From assembly GCA_030248215.1 (NCBI GenBank), contig JASANG010003810.1:558001-622000 (forward strand): a DNA stretch of 64,000 nucleotides. Direction: 5' to 3'. The notes below the pieces were generated by a model, which was not told the DNA's origin, did not search any database, and saw only the letters and a program-made list of their open reading frames with translations. This DNA comes from Enoplolaimus lenunculus. Lineage: Eukaryota. Below, one piece after another: positions 56,318 through 64,000 of the stretch (positions are counted from its first letter, which is position 1; each line of letters starts with the position of its first letter). The position numbers and the translations under genes were made by a program.

Positions 56318-56754
56318 CTGTAGTGACCCGAATATGAGGGGGGACTGATATTTATTTAGCCTGTCTAGAGGGTACCCACCCTGTTATTCGGTTACGGGCT
56401 GTTATTTATTTTTAGCCCACGCTACGTCATCCTTCGTTACTGATATATCCGCTACTGCAACTGCGTTGAATTAAACGTTTATTTTTGTTGTGTCAATAGC
56501 TTGAACGATAGTACAAGGTTATACTTTGGAATGTTACTTTCAAAACTTAAGTACGCATTAAACTTTCGAATTCAAATTATTTGGCCCTGGAGACATTTAT
56601 GCGTTACGGTTAGGGATAATTGACATTTATCGACTTTAATTAGGATTTAGGGACTATCCGATTACGGACTCTTATTAGGGAAACGAACTCCTATTGACTG
56701 GGATCCAAAATGGGGACACCCTTCTTAATACCCCCCTTATTCGGGTCACTACAG
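56318..56754. mobile_element. TA-TSD (Tc1/mariner-type) ~437-bp MITE; partial or rearranged copies about 1300-1645, 31695-31865, 54140-54493, 60097-60224
   Basis: TA|CTGTAGTGACCCGAATA...TATTCGGGTCACTACAG|TA. Confidence 0.8.
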
Positions 56755-58739
56755 TATAGTTTCTGCAACGGTAGGCATTTTACCATTTTATCATAAAAAA
56801 TGTTCTGACAGAGGGTGTACGCGGCCCATGCCCTTCCCCTCTTATAATCCGCTAGTATTTGTATATGTCCATTTCAGCCGAATTGTTAGGTAGGTCACCA
56901 TTATGAATGGTATAAGGTTTGTTATAACTTATGCCCGTATTTCCAAAAATGTGTGCAGTAGCCTACGGCCAGTTTGTCATAGGACGCCTAGTTGTTTACC
57001 TGAAATTTAGTAAGCACCAGAATTAAGCTTATTTACGCATTTCATTCAACAAGAAAGTACGTGGAATTACAGATTCGCAGCATTTACCGTTTGCTTGTTT
57101 GAAGGCCTAAGGCTAACTGGTAATAGGCGTTACACAGGAACTTGATCTGTTTGCGTAGAGTAGCCGTTTGTTCCGTTACATGGCTAATGTAAACAACAGG
57201 GCCGTAGCTGTAGTAAAAGCATATTCCTAAGCCTAAGCTTGAGCGTAAGCTTAACCTTAAGAATAAGAATATAGCTAAGACTAAGCCTAAGCAAAAAAAT
57301 AACTTAAAGCTTAAACTTAAGTCTATTTCAGTGTCACAGAAAACGCTTCCACCCCTGATCTTTGCATAAATTTGTTATATGAGCCACAAAAAATGTTACT
57401 ACGCGTTTATTGTCAAACTAACAAAGTGATGAATTGCAGAAATGTTTGCAGCGTGCAATATTGCCACTTAACAATTATTTGTTGTCGCAATTTTTAAAAT
57501 ATAACAACTTTGTTTGCGCTAACGCTAAACTGCAATTGCATGATTGCACGTTGCTATATATATACGTGTTCTATAAATAAAATATATATGTATATATATC
57601 AGAGTTCCAACAGAAATTAAATTTAGCCGGCACAGGAACAGGAACAGGAATTGAATTTTTTTGCAGGAACCGGAACAGGAACAGGAACCAGAATTCAAAA
57701 TAATTTTCATCACCGAATTACTGTTTTACTTTTAAGAAAACTTGCCAAAAAATGGCTCAAGAAAATTTTGAGCTACTTCATTAAGTTTTTCGAAAACACG
57801 TCAGGAACAATTTAGTAACAAAATTAAACAAGGTACACAAACACTCATTTTGACAAAACATTTTTTAAAGAAAACGTTTTCAATATTTAAATGATTACGA
57901 ATAATTTGCCACAAAACCGTAAAAATCCCGGTTCCTGCATCTTTGAATGCAGGAACAGGAACAGGAATTGAATTTTTGCAGGAATTCCGGCCGGAACAAG
58001 AATTCCGGTTGAACCCTGATATATACATACATATATATATTTGGCATTTTTAAATCGAGGTTTATTCCAGATTTTGGTTAGAACGTTTATTAACGTATTG
58101 GTATTGTAGCCCTAGAAATCAATTTTTGGGTGTAAAATGATCTTGGCAGATGCGAGTCAATGAACTAAGAACGCATTTACTAATAAAATGTTGATTTTGT
58201 GTAATTTCAGGCATGCCTTTGCTTGCATAATAAATCGTTCCGCAGTGTGGGGTGGCTATTGTCTCCTGTATCATGCTCCGTCGCCCTGTCCTGCCGGGTC
58301 ACCCTAACTTGGTACATACACACAAAGTATAACTTGATTTAAGCTTAACCTATTCTAGTGCTTCAGTATCCTGGACGTTGAAGCCAAAAAGCTTCAGTGT
58401 GAAGGATGCTGAAACAAAAATGCTTCAGTGTCCATGACACTACCCCCTCAAAAGTCACCTAGTGTACGCATGTTATTGTGGAAGTTGCATTATTAAGTCT
58501 AGAATACTTAAGCTAACATGGATGTTTCCACTGGGACACCTTGCCATATACAGCGATGTATAAAGTACCCCCAACTGGTTCAACGTAATACAAAACTAAT
58601 GAATGGCAATAGATGCTGCATACATTTGAGAATACAATTATTGCAATTTCAACTATAACCCAGTAGTTATACAAGCACGAATATAAATTAACTGGCTAAT
58701 GTTAATTATGCGTTTCAGCCAGTTTCGACACAATGTGAT

Positions 58740-58933
58740 CAGTGCCGGAGCAGAGGCAGGGGTGGGGGCTCTCCCCAAACTCCGGGGTGGCGGCCCCCAA
58801 ACTCGCGAGCGAAGCGAGCAAGAAGCCAAACGCATTTGAAAACTTAAGCGGGGGTTTTGTTTCAACCGGTTAGGGTGGGACCCCTTTAAGGGGGGGGCAA
58901 ATTGGTGGTATGGAGAGTGGCTGCTCCGGCCCT
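58740..58933 (+). mobile_element. hAT-like MITE; related copy about 50055-50225
   Basis: CAGTGCCGGAGCAG...CTGCTCCGGCCCTG with TSD AATGTGAT/AATGTGAC. Confidence 0.75.
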
Positions 58934-61900
58934 GAATGTGACTGGGGGGCGCACAGACTGGTAAGCGTTAGTATTAGGTTTACGTTTAGATGTACGATTA
59001 GGTTTAGGTTCAGGCTTCGGCTTAGGCTTCGCCGGCAAACTCGATAATTAAAATGAGCCAGCAAGGAGAAGTCCCGAAACTTGAACCCTATCTAAATATC
59101 AGGTTCTGCCTGGAGCGGTTGAATGTGATTTCCGGTCTGTGTGTATCGAGAGCTATTAGCTGAGTATAGCTGGGTTTAGGCTTTTTGTTTTTGCCTTTCT
59201 CCCGAACAAAACCATTCGTTGTAGCAGTTTTCAAGTGACGTTTGTGAGTTAATTAACTCTGCCGCAGTTCAGTTGAACCCGGCTTTCATATATACGCGAA
59301 AATATAGTTATATATATATATAAATATATATGTATATATATAAATTTATATACATATTTATATTTACATATAGATAAGTAAATTTAAATAAATAAATAAA
59401 TATATATAGATATATAGAATTGAGATTTATATGTTCGGCACAGATATAGCACCGGAAGCGTAGCCAGGATCTTAATTTCGGAGAAATTTAAGTAAAAAAA
59501 TATTATTCGACAATTAGAATAGAAGATATTTCAAATGTATTAAAAAATTTTGGATGGGAATATACCCTTTCTACACTGTAAACTTCAGTGACTTAATTTT
59601 AACTCAGAATGAGTTGAATGAAACTAACAGGTCTGAGCTCTAAATTAAGTCGGTAAGAAGCCATAATTCTGAATTGATTGCGCTCATTCTGAGTTTAATC
59701 AACTTTAATCGGAATTAAAATCAGCTCAGAGTGAATTGTTTTCTGTTTTAGCTCAGAAATATCCAGAAATAACCAATTTTCTCACTGAGTTGATTAATCA
59801 ACTCATTGGAATTTACAATGTATCCCACCACTTATATGCGCCCATGTATAGTAATGGATCCCCACCAAAATCTTAGTCTTCAGTGTTATAAGATGTACAA
59901 AGAATCAATTTAAAGAGTTTTGATTTATTAATGCAAAAGCTTACAAAATTTGCCATCTATAGCGATCGGTGGTATACACATTTGAGAATATTTCTTTTAA
60001 ACACAAACCAGTTTTTCTTTCGGTTTAAAATCATTGAAAATTTTGACCCCAGGCCGATCTAAGGGTGTCACTCATGCCTGATTGAAATTTTTGGACTCTA
60101 ATTAGAGTTTAGGAACTCTATCCGCTTACGGGCTCTTATTACGGATACAAACTCCTATTGATTGGGACTCAAAATGGGGACCCCCCTCTTATTACCCCAC
60201 ACCTCTTATTCAGGTCATTGCAGTAACTAACAATGAGTTTAATGAAGTCAGAATTTTGAGTTCTGAAAGTCCAAATTTCAGAATCAGTGATTCTACTCAT
60301 TCTAAATTAAAATTAATTCACTGCAATTTACAGTGTACCCATCTAAAACATTTCTGGTTCCGCCTCTGCCTTTATCTTTTTTTAAAATCTATTATTTCCG
60401 TTGAGTACGTAGTTGGAATGAAAGTCAGACGCATATAAGGAAGTTACTTGACTTTATTTTGGAGCCCACGCAAATATTGCTTATTTTGGTCTTCTATTTT
60501 CCATATCAAATACCACAGGTTAGGTATCTAATTTATTACCACTGTAACGTGTCTAAGAAAATCTACAATTGATAATAAAATAATATGACTTATGAAGATA
60601 AGTTACGCCGTATTCTGTCTGATTGGTTTGATTCGTCTAAACACAATCGAATCTAATGGGAGTGAGTGGAGGGATACGTCCGCCCTCTTGAAAAAAATTT
60701 AGTGATAAATTAGTAAAGGTCCTTACCTTTCAAATTTTCAATTTTGCGCGATGCATATAGACACTGTAAATTCCAATGAGTTGATTAATCAGTTCAGCTG
60801 GCGAGTTGGATATTTCTGAATTAATATCAGTAAACATTAACTCACTCTGAGTTGAGTTGATTCCAATTCTGAGTTGAGTTGACTTTGGGTGAGTTGATTA
60901 ATTAACTCAGAATGATAGAATCAATCCAAAATTTTGAGTTCTGATGGTTCTAACTCAGACTGAGTGATTCAAATCATTTTGAGTTGATAGCAGCTCACTG
61001 AAATTTACAGTTTACTAAGCTATTTATCAGGCGTGTAAACGCATACTAAAAATATCGGAAACGGAAACAGAAAACGGATTTTGATACTGAAGTATAAATG
61101 CACTAAAATTTTTTTAAGATTTTGGATGAATGTCATAATTTTTACTTCATATCGAACAAATGAAAAATTGCAAGATATATACGTGATTTATAGCTAATTT
61201 TGAACATTAAATTAACAAAATTTCCGGTATTTCTATAACGAAAACAGAAACCGACACCGATTTTCACCGGAAACAGAAACGGATATCCGGTTACACCCTG
61301 CTGTATATATTAGGACTGGTCGAGTGTGAGAGCTTAATAAAATTTTGTCTGCGGCTTTATTTATGGGCAGATTCAATGAAAGGCTAGTAAATCTACAAAC
61401 GAACCGCTAGAACTTCGTTGATTCGAATCTGTAGCCATTTTGTGGTTTGCATGTTTAAAAACTGCTTTCGTTCACTTAAATGTTTTTGTAAGAATTCAAA
61501 TTAAGGGTTGCGATATTCTTGTTTTACGGCGCCGTTCGTCACCCGTCTGCCGGCGTCTGTCATTTGTCCGTCACCCGTCCGGCGACGTCCGTCATTCATC
61601 CCGCCGTCCGTCATCCGTCCGTCACCCATCCGCCGCCGCCCGTCATCCGTCCGCCACCGATACGGTGACGTCCGTCACCCGTTCATTACCCGTACGGCGC
61701 CGTCCGTCACCCATACGGCACGAGTCGTGACCCGTATGGCGCCGTCCGTCACCGTACGACACAGCGCATCACCGTCCAGAACCATACGGCATCGTACGCG
61801 TGAAATTCGCGTACGATACTGCTCTGTGCCGCATGATGGCCGAAAGCGTCGTACAGGTGACGGACGGTGCCTGAGGGGCCATAAAATCATTAAAACGTAT

Positions 61901-62304
61901 AGCATAACCTTTAAGCTACTATTTCACAGCTGAGTCCATGGCACCGTAAACTAAAATACAACCTATCATAAACATTACGTCAGCGTTCAAATCGGCCTGT
62001 CAAAGACCCTGGTGGCTAAAGCATGGAATATTGTGTCCGTAGTTTCCTCGTCATGTAAATATGTTTTGATTATTAAATAGCCTAAAACCATGCTGAAAAA
62101 TAGTGTCTGTGTAAAATTTCAAATATAGAATTTGAAATATTTTTAAATTTTGAATTTTATTCCAACGGTTTTGTTGAAATTAATTTTATTCTAAATCGTT
62201 TAAGGCTTCGTAGAATCCGGACTGGTTTTGGTATACCGAGAGATAAATATATCTTGTGTATAGTGAAATAAACCGTTGGAGGAGCTAGAATTTATGGGGA
62301 GACG

Positions 62305-62495
62305 GGTCAATGTATAAAACAAGGCCGGAACGGTAGTACAAGCATATGCCTAAGCGTAAACGTAAGCTTAAGCCTAAACCTAAGCGTAACAATGAGTCTA
62401 TTCCTAAACCTGAGCAAAAAAATTAGTCTAAAGCTTAAGCTTACTGTATTTCAATCCTGCCGGAAAACGTTTCGGCCCTGTTCTATACATGGGCC
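62305..62495 (-). mobile_element. TTAGGC MITE family A
   Basis: Family TIRs; TSD GGGAGACG/GGGGGACG. Confidence 0.85.
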
Positions 62496-64000
62496 GGGGG
62501 ACGGATGATTTATAGTTTGAATCTTTTCGGTAAATCTCCCCTCCAGCCGACGTTTGCCCAAAAATGGCTTAATTTTGAATTTTTTGCATATTTAAGCTTC
62601 GCTTGACGTCTCTTGGTTATGTCACGCTTAAATTTGAAGGTTTGAATAAACTCGATGTTTAAGGTGCCAAGGTCCTCCCATAGGGACCCAAAAAAATTTT
62701 GTCAAAAACATAGATTATTTACCACTCGACGCAACTGCGGAGTTGAGTCAAAAGGTGCAGAAATTCGACGGGTTGTCTAGTTTCGCCCTAATCGACTCCA
62801 GCGTGACGTCACAGCCGATCGTTGCTAAAACTAAAGTTCAGACTAATCAGCACACTTTCTACCTCTACAACAACACCGATGCACACTGTAAATCCTGATG
62901 AGTTGATTAATTAGAGAGAATTAGTTATTTGTGGCTATTTCTGAGTTAACAGGATGAGTTAAATCAATTCAGATTTCTGCGTTCTAGATGACTTAATTCA
63001 GAATTCAGACCACTGAGTGGATTCAAGTCTTTCTGAGTTATAATCTACTCACTGGAGTTTAGAGTGCAATTGCATCGCGCATGTATTCGCTGCACTGTAA
63101 ATTCCAATGAGTTGATTAATCAATTCAACTAGCGAGTTGATTATTTCTGAATTAATATCAGTAAACATTAATTCACTCTGAGTTGAGTTGACTCTGTGTG
63201 AGTTGATTAATTTAAATCAGAATGAATTGAGTCAACTCACAATTCTGAGTTCTGATAGTCCTAACTCAGACTGAGTGATTCAATTGAGTTAAAATCAATT
63301 CACTGAAATTTACAGTGTGGTGAATTAACCAGCCGGTACCCAGTCGCCTATTGCGTAAAACGAGTACGTAAGTCTCAATCGGAGCAAACTGAGGCATTGT
63401 CAAACCGGAATCTAAACTTAGAAATCTACAGATTATAACTCGGCGAGATTAAAACTTCACAACGACTCCGATTGCTTGAGGTGACTCGAGCTGAGCGAGC
63501 AATAGAAGATATCAGGACGTGTCATGCGAGTGCAAAAATCTTCGAAATTTACCCAGTCCAACAGAGGAATGTCGGCTGCGCTCGCTAAAATCAAATCTGT
63601 GAGTCGCGACAGCTTGGACACTTCCAACATCTGGACTAGACACTGTAAATTCTAATGAGTCGATAATTTAGCTAGCGAGTTGGTTAATTTTGAATTAATA
63701 TCAATAAACATTAAGATACTCTGAGTTGAGTTGACACATGGTGAGTTGGTTAATTAACTCAGAATGAATTGAATCAAGTCCAAATTCTGAGTTGTGATAG
63801 TTATAAACTCAGACGGAGTGATTCAACTCATCGTGAGTTGAAATCAACTCACTGAAATTTACAGTGAACTCGGATGCCAGAGGATAAATCTGGCCAAATA
63901 TCGTTGTCAGCTGTCTAACATTTCACGCTGGTAAACCTTGTTTTCAAGAACGTTGCCAAATTTTTGGTTCGATTGGATGTAAAACGGAACTTTAAACTTT

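Noticed and set aside
61440..61933. Arg/Pro/Ser-rich ORFs of 76-141 aa
   Set aside because: They lie within the GC-rich ccgtc-repeat Harbinger-like MITE.
63320..63640. Coding-like sequence between CACTG MITEs
   Set aside because: No long frame in the ORF track and no recognisable domain; possibly a decayed retroelement but unsupported.
1..64000. Autonomous transposase, reverse transcriptase or a second protein-coding gene
   Set aside because: No ORF or exon chain with recognisable motifs was found outside the CELF gene; small exons of another gene cannot be fully excluded by eye.

Overview
AT-rich animal genomic DNA, most likely a nematode (inferred from TTTCAG splice acceptors and abundant TTAGGC repeats). 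The only protein-coding gene I can support is a + strand CELF3-6 / Bruno-like RNA-binding protein gene (unc-75-like). I assembled it by hand from 11 GT-AG exons between 18660 and 36114, giving 1581 nt (526 aa plus stop): the tail of RRM1, RRM2, a long Ala/Gln/Gly-rich linker and RRM3 ending [11 protein letters not shown] found no upstream RRM1 exons, so the gene is 5'-partial. The rest is intron, putative 3' UTR or intergenic DNA densely filled with non-autonomous DNA transposons (TTAGGC-filled elements with 8-bp TSDs, plus hAT-, CACTG/CMC-, piggyBac-, Harbinger-, MULE-, Ginger-, Tc1/mariner- and Helitron-like families) and young tandem repeats. Almost all ORFs in the supplied track are repeat artefacts. 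The most notable observations are: a 15-copy minisatellite made of an exon's own splice donor; a 7-copy intronic array carrying TRA-1/GLI-like sites; telomere-repeat-carrying MITEs; a piggyBac-type MITE carrying a tRNA-Gly-like Pol III promoter; a candidate 12-nt microexon; a duplicated linker exon; and about 10 kb of strand-biased UG-rich islands after the stop codon. Coordinates were counted by eye and superfamily assignments rest on TIR/TSD signatures only.
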